Source: Candidatus Micrarchaeota archaeon
Lineage (GTDB): Archaea > Micrarchaeota > Micrarchaeia > Anstonellales > Bilamarchaeaceae
Direction: 5' to 3'
NCBI GenBank assembly: GCA_043821365.1
Contig: JBDRCX010000001.1
Span: 1-45,712 of the forward strand
Length of the DNA: 45,712 nucleotides
Below are positions 1 to 8,510 of the stretch, in pieces. The notes beneath the pieces were generated by a model. The model was given only the letters and a program-made list of their open reading frames with translations, did not search any database and was not told the origin of the DNA. Position 1 is the stretch's first letter. Each line of letters starts with the position of its first letter. A program made the position numbers and the translations under genes.

Positions 1-824
1 TCTTTTTGAGTTTTCTTTTCACCATGCATTGCACTTGCAATGTATAGTGCAGCTGCAGCAACACCAGTTGGACCTCTTCCAGAGATTAGACCTTTTTTGA
101 GAGCTTTTTTGATAAGCTTGACTGATTCCTCCTGCACATCAGGGCCAAGTTTCATTACCATGGCAAATTTAGACACATATTGTGCAGGATCAGTAAGTGG
201 TACATCAATATCAAGTGCAGATTTCAAGAATCGGTATGCTCTACCGATTTCTTTCTTTTCTATGCCAGAAACTTTCGAAATCTCATCAAGAGTTCTTGGG
301 ATTCCTTGCATTCTACAAATAGCATAAATAACTGCTGCAACAACGCTTTCAATCAATCTTCCTCTGATAAGTTCAGCTTTTACTGCTTTTCTGTAAAGCA
401 ATGCAGCACTTTCCTTGATATTTTCAGGAAGACCAAGCGAAGATGCAACACGATCAAGTTCTGCTAATGCAATAACCAAGTTTCTTTCCATGGATGTTGC
501 AATGGAGACTCTTTTGTGCCATCTGCGCATTCTATAGAGTTGTGCTTGTTTCTTTGGAGAGATTTTACCTCCTCTAATATCACGATTATGCTGGTCAATC
601 TCAGTACTAAGACCCTTGTTTGGCCTCATGTACTTCATTGGAGCACCACCACGGGCTTTCTTTTCTTTTTGTTCAGAATCAAAAGCACGCCATTCAGGCC
701 CCATATCATGAATATTTTCTGCAATTATCAAACCACAATTAGAACACAATAATTCCCCTTTCTCATAATCACGGACAATTCTTTGACTCTTACATTCGCT
801 ACATTTGGTTGCAATTGAACTCAT
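1..824 (-). CDS. tfb: Transcription initiation factor IIB (TFB), runs off the left edge; not in the ORF track
   Basis: Manual translation: MSSIATKCSECKSQRIVRDYEKGELLCSNCG (Zn ribbon), GPEWRAF B-reader, cyclin repeats, ending GRGPTGVAAAALYIASAMHGEKKTQK. ATG at 824-822. Confidence 0.96.
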   Translation of the reverse strand, partial: MSSIATKCSECKSQRIVRDYEKGELLCSNCGLIIAENIHDMGPEWRAFDSEQKEKKARGGAPMKYMRPNKGLSTEIDQHNRDIRGGKISPKKQAQLYRMRRWHKRVSIATSMERNLVIALAELDRVASSLGLPENIKESAALLYRKAVKAELIRGRLIESVVAAVIYAICRMQGIPRTLDEISKVSGIEKKEIGRAYRFLKSALDIDVPLTDPAQYVSKFAMVMKLGPDVQEESVKLIKKALKKGLISGRGPTGVAAAALYIASAMHGEKKTQK

Positions 825-951
825 AAAATCTCTCCACAAATAGCAATATTTTTAAATATTTGTATAATGTTTGTGGCGGAACTAGTATATATATGTATGC
901 ATTTGGCTTTTTTTTACTTTAGAGGATAAGATGAGTTATATGATTCAACTA

Positions 952-1857
952 TTAGATTCTTCCGCCTTCCTTCAATTTTTTTAGTTCAGCCTCAGGAATC
1001 CCATATTCAGTAATATCAACGGAATCAGGGATAGTACCTTTTTTATATCTCCACAATGGTGCGATATCAAGACGGTAAAGAAATTTCCAACTTGAATAGG
1101 TTGGTGCATAATCTATCCTAGTGCATCCTCTGCTTTTGGCAAGTTTTATTGTTTCAGTAAATGCGATTTTCAATCCATCTGAATAAGTATCATCCATTCC
1201 CCAGACACAAACTGACATTGTTTTATCATAAAAAAAATATTGGAAAACTGACACAAATTTTCCATCTTTCAGAACAGACCAGTATTCTGTACGTGAATCA
1301 ACATCAAGAAGTGTATAGCATGCTCTAGTACCATTTACAAAATCAGACTCTGCACCAAACATTGCCATATTTAATTCTGCTAATTTTTCCAGATTACCTT
1401 CTTTTTTGAACTCAAAACTTCCAAATTTTTTATATGAGTTTTTGAAATTCTTTCTGTGTTTTGTTGAAAATCGTTTAAGGTAATCTTCGGTGCTATCAAC
1501 TTTAGTCAGATCTATGAAAAATTGAGGGCACACGCCTTCAATACAACCAGTAAATTTGTCAACAAGAAAATCAAAGTAGATATTATCTGGGATGTCTTTA
1601 GAGACTTTCATGAATTCTGGGTCAAAAGTCAGATAATTTTTTTCTACTGAATCGCCACCTAAAATAGTATAGAAACCATCTTCAGGATCAAATTGTAACG
1701 GGAAAAAATTTGTACCATCGAAGAGAATAAGTGGATTACAGCCATATGCTTTACATAGCGCTACCCTGATGTTCCAATCATCAGTCCATACTTGTTTTTC
1801 TGGAACGAATTTATCCCATAATAGCTTTGCTTCTTCTAGTGTTAATTCATGCATCAT
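952..1857 (-). CDS. GNAT-fold protein, FemAB/BioF2-like acetyltransferase family
   Basis: IDL...EDYLKRFSTKHRKNFK segment, then the pattern DGKFVSVFQYFFYDKTMSV...IKLAKSRGCTRIDY typical of this family. Confidence 0.55.
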   Translation of the reverse strand: MMHELTLEEAKLLWDKFVPEKQVWTDDWNIRVALCKAYGCNPLILFDGTNFFPLQFDPEDGFYTILGGDSVEKNYLTFDPEFMKVSKDIPDNIYFDFLVDKFTGCIEGVCPQFFIDLTKVDSTEDYLKRFSTKHRKNFKNSYKKFGSFEFKKEGNLEKLAELNMAMFGAESDFVNGTRACYTLLDVDSRTEYWSVLKDGKFVSVFQYFFYDKTMSVCVWGMDDTYSDGLKIAFTETIKLAKSRGCTRIDYAPTYSSWKFLYRLDIAPLWRYKKGTIPDSVDITEYGIPEAELKKLKEGGRI

Positions 1858-1953
1858 AGCCCATCAGTTTAGTGTATATTGAAACAATGGGATTTAAATG
1901 AGATGAGAAATATAGTAAATAGTAGGTTAGCCCTAGACCAAGAAGGTGAGGAC

Positions 1954-2835
1954 ATGTTTGTTGCTGTATTATCTGATAAACCTGAATTAAGAGAAGAATT
2001 CTGCAAACTTATGGGGAAAGAAATAACTAAAGAGAATATTGGTATTTACTCGGTTGATAATGCAAATAAAAAGATCTGGCTTATTGATCCAATAAATTAT
2101 CCTGAAAAAATCCAGCCGCTTCTGTATACTTTATCCATGGCAGATCTTGTTGTATTATTGGTGAGAGAATTAACACCAAAAGTAGGTGAACTTTTAGTTG
2201 CAGTGAATTCCTTGAAATTAGATAAAGGAATCATTGTTTCAACTGCCTCATTGCCAGTAGGTGGAACAGTATTAGAAAAATATGACAAAGTAGCTGATCA
2301 AAATGCTGCAAAAGAAAAACTTCTGGCAGCATCAGCAAGTGCCAGTGAAAATCCATTTGGTTTAGTTTACAAAACAGCGAATATGCCTTCTCTTGGCCAT
2401 GTTGCCTATGGAGCACTAAAAGGAGGTAAGATAAAGAAACAGGATAAGTTATACTTTTTACCAGAATGTAAAGAAGTTGAAGTTAGGTCGATACAGGTTG
2501 ATGGAAATAGTATTGAAGAACTTGTAGCAACTTCTGGCTTTGAAATGGCTTATAAAGGTGAGTTAGTTGAAAGAGGAATACTTGCACCACTAAGGCATGA
2601 ATTTCAAATTGAAAACATTGTAAATGGGAGATTCACAAAAAATCCATTTTATAAGGATGAGTTGAAAGGTAAAATTCATGCATATACCAATATGCAGTAT
2701 GTTGAAGGCAATTTGACTGATAATGATTTGACCTTATCAGAACCATTGGCTTTTGAAAAAGGCGAGATGATTTTAGTTATTGATGCAAGTAATCAAAAAT
2801 TAAGAATTGCTGGTGTTTTCCAAAGTAAATGGTAA
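1954..2835 (+). CDS. Archaeal SelB-like / EF-Tu-like protein (aSelBL type) with degenerate G domain
   Basis: LIDPINYPEKIQPLLYTLSMAD, LGHVAYG...GKIKKQD, EVEVRSIQ (EF-Tu domain II). No GxxxxGK[ST]. Start moved to ATG 1954 behind GGTGAGG SD (track ORF starts 1879). Confidence 0.65.
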   Translation: MFVAVLSDKPELREEFCKLMGKEITKENIGIYSVDNANKKIWLIDPINYPEKIQPLLYTLSMADLVVLLVRELTPKVGELLVAVNSLKLDKGIIVSTASLPVGGTVLEKYDKVADQNAAKEKLLAASASASENPFGLVYKTANMPSLGHVAYGALKGGKIKKQDKLYFLPECKEVEVRSIQVDGNSIEELVATSGFEMAYKGELVERGILAPLRHEFQIENIVNGRFTKNPFYKDELKGKIHAYTNMQYVEGNLTDNDLTLSEPLAFEKGEMILVIDASNQKLRIAGVFQSKW

Positions 2836-2836
2836 A

Positions 2837-3109
2837 CTAAACTTTCTTAGGTCTTTCATGAGGCCTAAATGCTATTTTTTTACCAATAATATCAATTTTT
2901 TGTCCATCTTCAGTTGTAAATCTAAAAGTAGAACTTATTTTCGGAATTTTCTTTTCCTTACCATCAACAGTCTCTACAACCATCAAGTTTTTCGTTTCAT
3001 CAACTATCTTTCCAGAAAGACCAATAAGACTGCGCTGGCTGCTATTGATTATTTCAACTTCAAGACCAATGAAAGTGGAGTATAATAAATTTTTACCTGT
3101 TATCATCAA
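2837..3109 (-). CDS. rnp1: RNase P protein subunit Rpp29/POP4
   Basis: IGLEVEIINS...IGLSGKIVDETKN...IPK...F...G..IAFRPHER signature. Confidence 0.94.
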   Translation of the reverse strand: MMITGKNLLYSTFIGLEVEIINSSQRSLIGLSGKIVDETKNLMVVETVDGKEKKIPKISSTFRFTTEDGQKIDIIGKKIAFRPHERPKKV

Positions 3110-3126
3110 ATAAACATGAATAATGA

Positions 3127-3136
3127 AATTTAAATT
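3127..3136. promoter_or_regulatory. Palindromic TATA-like box (AATTTAAATT), possibly shared by divergent rnp1 and DegT genes
   Basis: Perfect palindrome containing TTTAAA, about 20-28 nt from both start codons in a very short divergent gap. Confidence 0.4.
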
Positions 3137-3154
3137 GCGATGCTTGGTGACAAC

Positions 3155-4240
3155 ATGACAATCAAACTCGATAATCCAATTATGACTAATGAAATGATTG
3201 AAGCTGCTGTTTATTCACTTCAAAATGAATATCCTTTATTTGGCGAGAGTATAACAAAATTTGAAGAAGAATTCGCAAGGTTTTGCAATACGGATTATGC
3301 AATTTCAGTTGGGTCGGGTAGTGATGCATTAATGATCTCATTAATTGCAATTGGAGTCAAAGGAAAACAAGTTCTGACTACTCCGATGTCTTATATTGCA
3401 ACTGCAAACACAGTATTTCATGCTGGAGCAGAACCTGTTTTTGCAGACGTAATGAAAAATGGGAACATTGATCCTGTAGAAATCAAGAAAAAACTAACAA
3501 AGGACAAAAAAATTGGTGCAATTGTTCCAGTACACCTTCATGGTTATCCTGCAAAAATGAATGAGATAATGGAACTTGCAGACGATATACCAGTAATTGA
3601 AGATGCATGTCAAGCACATGGAGCAAGATATTTTGGGAAACGAGTTGGTTCCATAGGAAAAGTAGGGTGTTTCTCTTTCAACCCAGTGAAAAACATGACA
3701 GTTGGTGGAACAGCAGGGATGGTAGTAACAAATGATGAAGAATTAGCAAAAAAGATAAGAATGCTTGCAGATGCTGGAAGAAAGGACATATACTCACACG
3801 AGCATGAGATGATCGGATTTAGCTCAAGAATAAACACAGTCAATGCAGCTATAGGAAGAATACAATTAAGAGATTTAGATAAATGGAATGAAAATAGAAG
3901 AAAAGCAGCAAATGAATATTTAAAAAAACTCGAAGGAATTGATTGGTTTGAACTTCCTTCCTGCGAAAAAAATATTGAACCAGTATATAATAAATTTGCA
4001 ATAAAAACAAATAAACGAGATGAACTAAATGAATTTCTTTTGAAATATGGGATAGATTGTGATGGGCACTACAAGATACCGATACATCTCCATCCACCTT
4101 ATTTGAAAATGGGATACAAAAAAGGCGACTATCCAAATGCAGAGAAATTTGCAAACACTACTCTTTCATTACCATTACATCCTGAAATCAGAATGGAAGA
4201 AATAGAAGAAGTATGTACTATGATTAGACAGTTCAGATGA
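3155..4240 (+). CDS. DegT/DnrJ/EryC1/StrS family PLP-dependent sugar aminotransferase
   Basis: SGSDAL, VIEDACQAHGA, FSFNPVKN (PLP Lys), SLPLHP. ATG 3155 has a GGTGA SD; track ORF starts 3140. Confidence 0.93.
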   Translation: MTIKLDNPIMTNEMIEAAVYSLQNEYPLFGESITKFEEEFARFCNTDYAISVGSGSDALMISLIAIGVKGKQVLTTPMSYIATANTVFHAGAEPVFADVMKNGNIDPVEIKKKLTKDKKIGAIVPVHLHGYPAKMNEIMELADDIPVIEDACQAHGARYFGKRVGSIGKVGCFSFNPVKNMTVGGTAGMVVTNDEELAKKIRMLADAGRKDIYSHEHEMIGFSSRINTVNAAIGRIQLRDLDKWNENRRKAANEYLKKLEGIDWFELPSCEKNIEPVYNKFAIKTNKRDELNEFLLKYGIDCDGHYKIPIHLHPPYLKMGYKKGDYPNAEKFANTTLSLPLHPEIRMEEIEEVCTMIRQFR

Positions 4241-4258
4241 TAAAATTAAAATAAAAAA

Positions 4259-4561
4259 TTAGGCAACTTCAATACTCTCAGCAGGATAACCAAGTTGTTT
4301 TAGAACTTCTGCGGTTCTTCTTTTTTGATCTCCTTGTAAAATGATCACACCTTCTTTCGAGGTTCCGCCACAGGCAAGCTTATGCTTTAATTCTTTGGCA
4401 GTTTGATCAAGTTGAGCACCATCAACACCTTCAACAATAGTAACGAGTTTTCTAAATTTCTTTTTTGTTGTGTAGATTCTTATTTTCGCTACTCCCTGTT
4501 TATCAAGAATCTCGCATACGCAAAGATCCTTGAGCATTCCACATTTTTGGCATTTATCCAA
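4259..4561 (-). CDS. sui1: Translation initiation factor SUI1/aIF1
   Basis: N-terminal CxxCG...LCVC, KLVTIVEG, LKHKLACGGT, LQGD. Confidence 0.94.
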   Translation of the reverse strand: MDKCQKCGMLKDLCVCEILDKQGVAKIRIYTTKKKFRKLVTIVEGVDGAQLDQTAKELKHKLACGGTSKEGVIILQGDQKRRTAEVLKQLGYPAESIEVA

Positions 4562-4581
4562 ATTTATTCACCTAATTGAGT

Positions 4582-4773
4582 TTACCTCTCTGATTTTTTA
4601 ACCCTTTTGGAAAATGGGGTCTTGAGTTTTGCAATTGCTTTGCGCAATGGTTTCACTTTGTCTTTTCTCCCTTCTCCTCTAAGTTCAAGGATAGCACGTT
4701 CTAATTCTGAGATTTTTGCAGCACGTGCTGCATCATCAAGATTTTCTAAATCTGTTTTTTTTATGACTGCCAT
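4582..4773 (-). CDS. rpl29: 50S ribosomal protein uL29
   Basis: Position between uS3 and SUI1; ELERAILELR...LRKAIAKLKT. Confidence 0.85.
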   Translation of the reverse strand: MAVIKKTDLENLDDAARAAKISELERAILELRGEGRKDKVKPLRKAIAKLKTPFSKRVKKSER

Positions 4774-4777
4774 AATA

Positions 4778-5500
4778 TCACTTCTTACGAATTGGTTTGT
4801 GTGACCTTGAAGGTATTGGCTTATGTTCTGCTTTTTGTGCAGTTTCTGTTGCAGTAGCAGTGTCAGTAACGTGAGTTGCAGCTTCTATAACTTTTGGAAG
4901 AACAACCTGCGTTGATTTCTTATCAGGAAAAACTGTTCCGGGTGGTACAATCCTAACTAAAATACCAATAACACCAGAACGGGTGTTGGCACTTAGGTGA
5001 GCCACTCTTATCAATCTAGTTGGTTCTCCTGCTTTTGGTATATAACCAGCCACAACACGCAAACTTTTTGCTCTTGCACCTTTTGCACCGATTTTTCCTG
5101 ATGCCACTATTTCAGCACCTAAAGCACCTGCACGAATAATTTCACGTAAAAGATAGTGTAGAACTGCTCTGACTTTCTTACCCATTTCGATATATTTACC
5201 TGCTCGTTTTGCAACCATTCTTGGTTCTAGGAATGGTTCACGGACTTCAATAACACTTATTTGTGGGTTTTCTATATCGAATTCGGCTTTAATAGATTCA
5301 GTTAGCTCATTAATCAGTCTACCTTTTTTACCTATAATTCTTGCTGGGTTTGTAACTTCTAATGTAATTCTTGTAACCAATGGAGTTCTTTGAATATCAA
5401 CACTTGCCAAACCAGCACGATCAAGTTTTTTCTCAAGGAATTTCATTACTTGGTACTTGCTAAACGGTTCCTCAATCAATTTTTCTTGATATATCATCAT
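4778..5500 (-). CDS. rps3: 30S ribosomal protein uS3 with C-terminal extension
   Basis: DIQRTPLVTRITL, IIGKKG KH motif, GALGAEI..SGK, G.IPK.G. ATG at 5500 or 5497 behind GGGTGA. Confidence 0.96.
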   Translation of the reverse strand: MMIYQEKLIEEPFSKYQVMKFLEKKLDRAGLASVDIQRTPLVTRITLEVTNPARIIGKKGRLINELTESIKAEFDIENPQISVIEVREPFLEPRMVAKRAGKYIEMGKKVRAVLHYLLREIIRAGALGAEIVASGKIGAKGARAKSLRVVAGYIPKAGEPTRLIRVAHLSANTRSGVIGILVRIVPPGTVFPDKKSTQVVLPKVIEAATHVTDTATATETAQKAEHKPIPSRSHKPIRKK

Positions 5501-5502
5501 AA

Positions 5503-6207
5503 TCACCCTTTATTCTTTTCACCATGCTCATGAGGTGCTGTTTTCTCGACTTTCTTTTCAGTTTCGTGTTTGTGTTGTTTTTGAGTTTCCTTTTTAGGTA
5601 TCTTTTTCACTGGTTTTGTTTCTGATTTTGGCTTGTTTTCAACAGATACAGTTGTATCATTTTTATCTTCAACTACCTCTATTTTTTTATCAGTTTTAGT
5701 TTCAATAGGCAGTTCTGGTTTCTTTTCCACTGGTTTTTTTGGTGGAGTAACTGTAACACCTTTTGGAACTTCTTCACCTTTAAGCACTATTTCTATTCTT
5801 GCAGTTTCTAAGAAAGATCTTGCCTGTCTTCCTTTTGAAGCCATTCTTGGATAGATTTCTTTCTTATTGGCTGAAGCAGATAGTATTGTATATACATCAC
5901 CAAGACCAAGCACTTTCCCATTTGCTATGGCACTTTGTAATGTTTTCAGAACAAAGTGAGCTGCTTTTTTTGGATATCTACCTTTTTTACCTCCAAGTTC
6001 GCGTCTGTGGCCCATTCTTTTGTTATGTCGTTTGAATAAGACTGGTAATTCCCCATCAGCAACTTGTTGGAGGAAGTTTACAGCCCAATCTGTTTTTTTA
6101 TTTCTTATTCTACCACATACTTCAGAAAGCTGTTTGTAAGAAGCATTGACTCCCTCCAAACGCGCTTTAGCGCAATTTTCCGGTACAGATACTGAATAAC
6201 CTTTCAT
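5503..6207 (-). CDS. rpl22: 50S ribosomal protein uL22 with long K/E/P-rich C-terminal tail
   Basis: ASYKQLSEVC..IR, GRYPKKAA, A.GR...ETARIEIVL. ATG at 6207. Confidence 0.95.
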   Translation of the reverse strand: MKGYSVSVPENCAKARLEGVNASYKQLSEVCGRIRNKKTDWAVNFLQQVADGELPVLFKRHNKRMGHRRELGGKKGRYPKKAAHFVLKTLQSAIANGKVLGLGDVYTILSASANKKEIYPRMASKGRQARSFLETARIEIVLKGEEVPKGVTVTPPKKPVEKKPELPIETKTDKKIEVVEDKNDTTVSVENKPKSETKPVKKIPKKETQKQHKHETEKKVEKTAPHEHGEKNKG

Positions 6208-6212
6208 GAAAA

Positions 6213-6608
6213 TCACTTCAATGGTACGAATTTGGAACCTCTTGTAGCTCCGACACCAGGACCAGAATGCAATACCCTGCCAACTGAATGTGAATAATCA
6301 CCCAATCGCTTTCCTATTTTGTTAAGGGTTATGTCAACTCTCTTGAATTCTTTTCCATTATAAACCCCAAAACTCAAACCAAGCCATTCTGGTAAAATAA
6401 CTGCTTCACGGACATGTGTCTTGATGAGCTTCTTTGGATTTTTTTCCTTTATCATCTTCGCTTTTTCAACAAGTTTTTTTAATCTTGGATTGAACTTCAT
6501 ACGAAGAATCGTTCTACGATTTCTAGAAGTTATTTTCTTCAGGAAATCAGTCGAACCTAATGAACCTGCATTATCTTCATCAACACCTTTCCATTGATCT
6601 TTTTTCAT
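6213..6608 (-). CDS. rps19: 30S ribosomal protein uS19
   Basis: IKTHVREAVILPEW.G..FGVYNGKEF, GKRLGDY, GVGATRGSKFVPLK. Confidence 0.96.
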   Translation of the reverse strand: MKKDQWKGVDEDNAGSLGSTDFLKKITSRNRRTILRMKFNPRLKKLVEKAKMIKEKNPKKLIKTHVREAVILPEWLGLSFGVYNGKEFKRVDITLNKIGKRLGDYSHSVGRVLHSGPGVGATRGSKFVPLK

Positions 6609-6618
6609 TGAATCATCC

Positions 6619-7368
6619 TCAAGCTTTATTATCAGCAGTTCTCTTACCTTTTCGGCGTCCAGATTGTCTTGCTGCTATATGACCAACCTTACCACCAGGT
6701 GGTGTTGATCTAGCAACTGTAGTTGGCTTACCAACATGGTGCTGTTTACCTCCATGTGGGTGGTTGTAGGCAGATTGATGAACACCTCTTGGTACTGGCC
6801 AGAGTCTGTGCATTGCTCGTTTTTTATAAAATTGGCTGCCAGCTTTCAATAGTGGTTTTTCCAATCTTCCCCCGCCTGCAATAACTCCAAGTTGTGCCCT
6901 ACATTCATTGGAAAGAATGATAGTTGATTTGCTTGGTAGTTTAACATACACTATTTTACCTTCTTTTGCAACGACATTGGCATATGAACCTGCTGCCTTT
7001 ACTAACATACCACCATCGCCAGGATTTCTTTCTATGTTATAGATATAAGCACCATCAGGAACACGGTAGAGTGGTATAACGCTGCCAAGTTTCAATCTTG
7101 CTTGTGCGCCAACATCAATATTATCTCCAACTGCAACTCCTTCAGGAGCAAGTAGGATACCTTGTTCATTATTGTCATATTTTACTTTCATCAACAAAGC
7201 AGTTCTTGCTGGATCATCTATAAATCCAGTAACTTTCCCAGTCAAGACCCCTGTTTTCTCAACATCATCATATGACCTATAAGTAAGATCAGCCTTGAAC
7301 CTGTGGCTTGATGCTCGGTATCTTGGAGAACCAGCGCCTCTTTTTTGTTGTTTTAATCGTTTTCCCAT
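6619..7368 (-). CDS. rpl2: 50S ribosomal protein uL2
   Basis: MGKRLKQQKRGAGSP, DDPARTA, WPVPRGV..SAYNHPHGG, PPGGKVGHIAA. Confidence 0.97.
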   Translation of the reverse strand: MGKRLKQQKRGAGSPRYRASSHRFKADLTYRSYDDVEKTGVLTGKVTGFIDDPARTALLMKVKYDNNEQGILLAPEGVAVGDNIDVGAQARLKLGSVIPLYRVPDGAYIYNIERNPGDGGMLVKAAGSYANVVAKEGKIVYVKLPSKSTIILSNECRAQLGVIAGGGRLEKPLLKAGSQFYKKRAMHRLWPVPRGVHQSAYNHPHGGKQHHVGKPTTVARSTPPGGKVGHIAARQSGRRKGKRTADNKA

Positions 7369-7378
7369 GAGTATACAC

Positions 7379-7630
7379 CTATGCTATCATTTTCAATTTA
7401 GTAGCCAGATCATCAGCCTTGAATTCTTTGGCCAGTCTGACAAACGCATGCTTTTTACCCTGAGATGTCACGAAAGTTCTAACTGATGCAACTTTCACAG
7501 AGAAAACTTTCTCCACCTCAGTCTGAATATCTTTTTTAGTTGCTTTAATTGCAACTTCAAATGTTAATGTATTTTCGTATTCAATCTTACCGATTGCTTT
7601 TTCCGTTTTAACAGGTGCTAAAAGTATCAT
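7379..7630 (-). CDS. rpl23: 50S ribosomal protein uL23
   Basis: PVKTEKA..KIE.ENTLTF.V...ATK.DI, G.KHAFVRL. Confidence 0.96.
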   Translation of the reverse strand: MILLAPVKTEKAIGKIEYENTLTFEVAIKATKKDIQTEVEKVFSVKVASVRTFVTSQGKKHAFVRLAKEFKADDLATKLKMIA

Positions 7631-8376
7631 TGCACAAACCTCTTTTCAATCTCTGGAATTGCATTCTCAGAGAAAAATGTTAATCTACCTGGATGAGTAC
7701 CAGGTGCAAGATCTTTAACTGTAAGTTCGCTTACACGCACAACATCAACGCCAGGGATGTTTGCTGCTGCTTTGAACGAAGCATTGTTTGAAACAATAAA
7801 TAATGCAGATTTTGTACCGTTTTTCCTTGCTTTTTCAACTATTTTGTTTAAGTTAAGTGCTTCAATGAGTTTAACTACATCTTTAGTTTTTTTCACTTTT
7901 TCAAAACTAGCTTCAAGAATAATGGGTAGTGGAGTACTAATATCAAAATGCACTCTTTTGCAGATTGCATCCCTATCTACACTGAATGCAAGCGCACTTC
8001 CAAGAGCTTTTAAATATTCTTTTTTATTTACAAGTTCAACAATTTTCTTTTGTGGTTTAGGTGGATGTGCTCTCCTACCCTTAACAGCATGAGGAACTCG
8101 TTTTACTTTACCTAGTTGACCTTTTGGAAGAACTTCGTGTGGAAGATGTGGGATACCTTTGTTTTTACCAGAACCGAAATCTTCTTTTCTACCTCTGTAC
8201 CTGGCACTTGTATCCAACCCAGCAAATCTGTAACTTCCTTTTGGTTGATATAGTTTGCTCTCATCACTCAGAACAGCTCTTTTAACAAGATCTTCTCTGT
8301 GGGGTGATTCAAACACTGCTGGAAGATCAATTTGCTTGAGCACTTTTCCTTCAATTGAATATACTGTTGCTTTCAT
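7627..8376 (-). CDS. rpl4: 50S ribosomal protein uL4
   Basis: MKATVYSIEG, REDLVKRAV, VKGRRAHPPK, NIPGVDV, LAPG.HPGRLT. True start ATG 8376 behind GGAGG; the extra 35 codons in the track ORF are an intergenic structured element. Confidence 0.96.
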   Translation of the reverse strand: MKATVYSIEGKVLKQIDLPAVFESPHREDLVKRAVLSDESKLYQPKGSYRFAGLDTSARYRGRKEDFGSGKNKGIPHLPHEVLPKGQLGKVKRVPHAVKGRRAHPPKPQKKIVELVNKKEYLKALGSALAFSVDRDAICKRVHFDISTPLPIILEASFEKVKKTKDVVKLIEALNLNKIVEKARKNGTKSALFIVSNNASFKAAANIPGVDVVRVSELTVKDLAPGTHPGRLTFFSENAIPEIEKRFVQ

Positions 8377-8403
8377 ATCAAAACCCTCCACGCTTCTCAT
8401 CTT

Positions 8404-8476
8404 GGGGTTCGTTATGGACGGCGTTCCGTCCATGATGTGTTCGTGAACGTTGCAACGTTCGCGACATTGGATCCCC
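8404..8476. ncRNA. Candidate three-way-junction structured RNA between rpl3 and rpl4
   Basis: Closing stem 8404-8410/8470-8476, hairpin 8412-8435 (10 bp), hairpin 8441-8464 (10 bp); GC-rich in an AT-rich context. Confidence 0.5.
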
Positions 8477-8510
8477 ATCATATGTGAATGTATATGTCAT
8501 GACAAAACCC

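Noticed and set aside
40-752. Plus-strand ORFs 40-327, 180-467 and 516-752
   Set aside because: Antisense shadows of tfb.
1954-2835. True SelB / selenocysteine system
   Set aside because: No G1 motif, and no tRNA-Sec, SECIS or in-frame TGA selenoprotein is seen in the window.
8377-8481. 35-aa N-terminal extension of uL4; also considered as a tRNA or C/D RNA
   Set aside because: ATG 8376 has a good SD and matches uL4 starts; the element has no T-arm or anticodon arm and no CTGA box.
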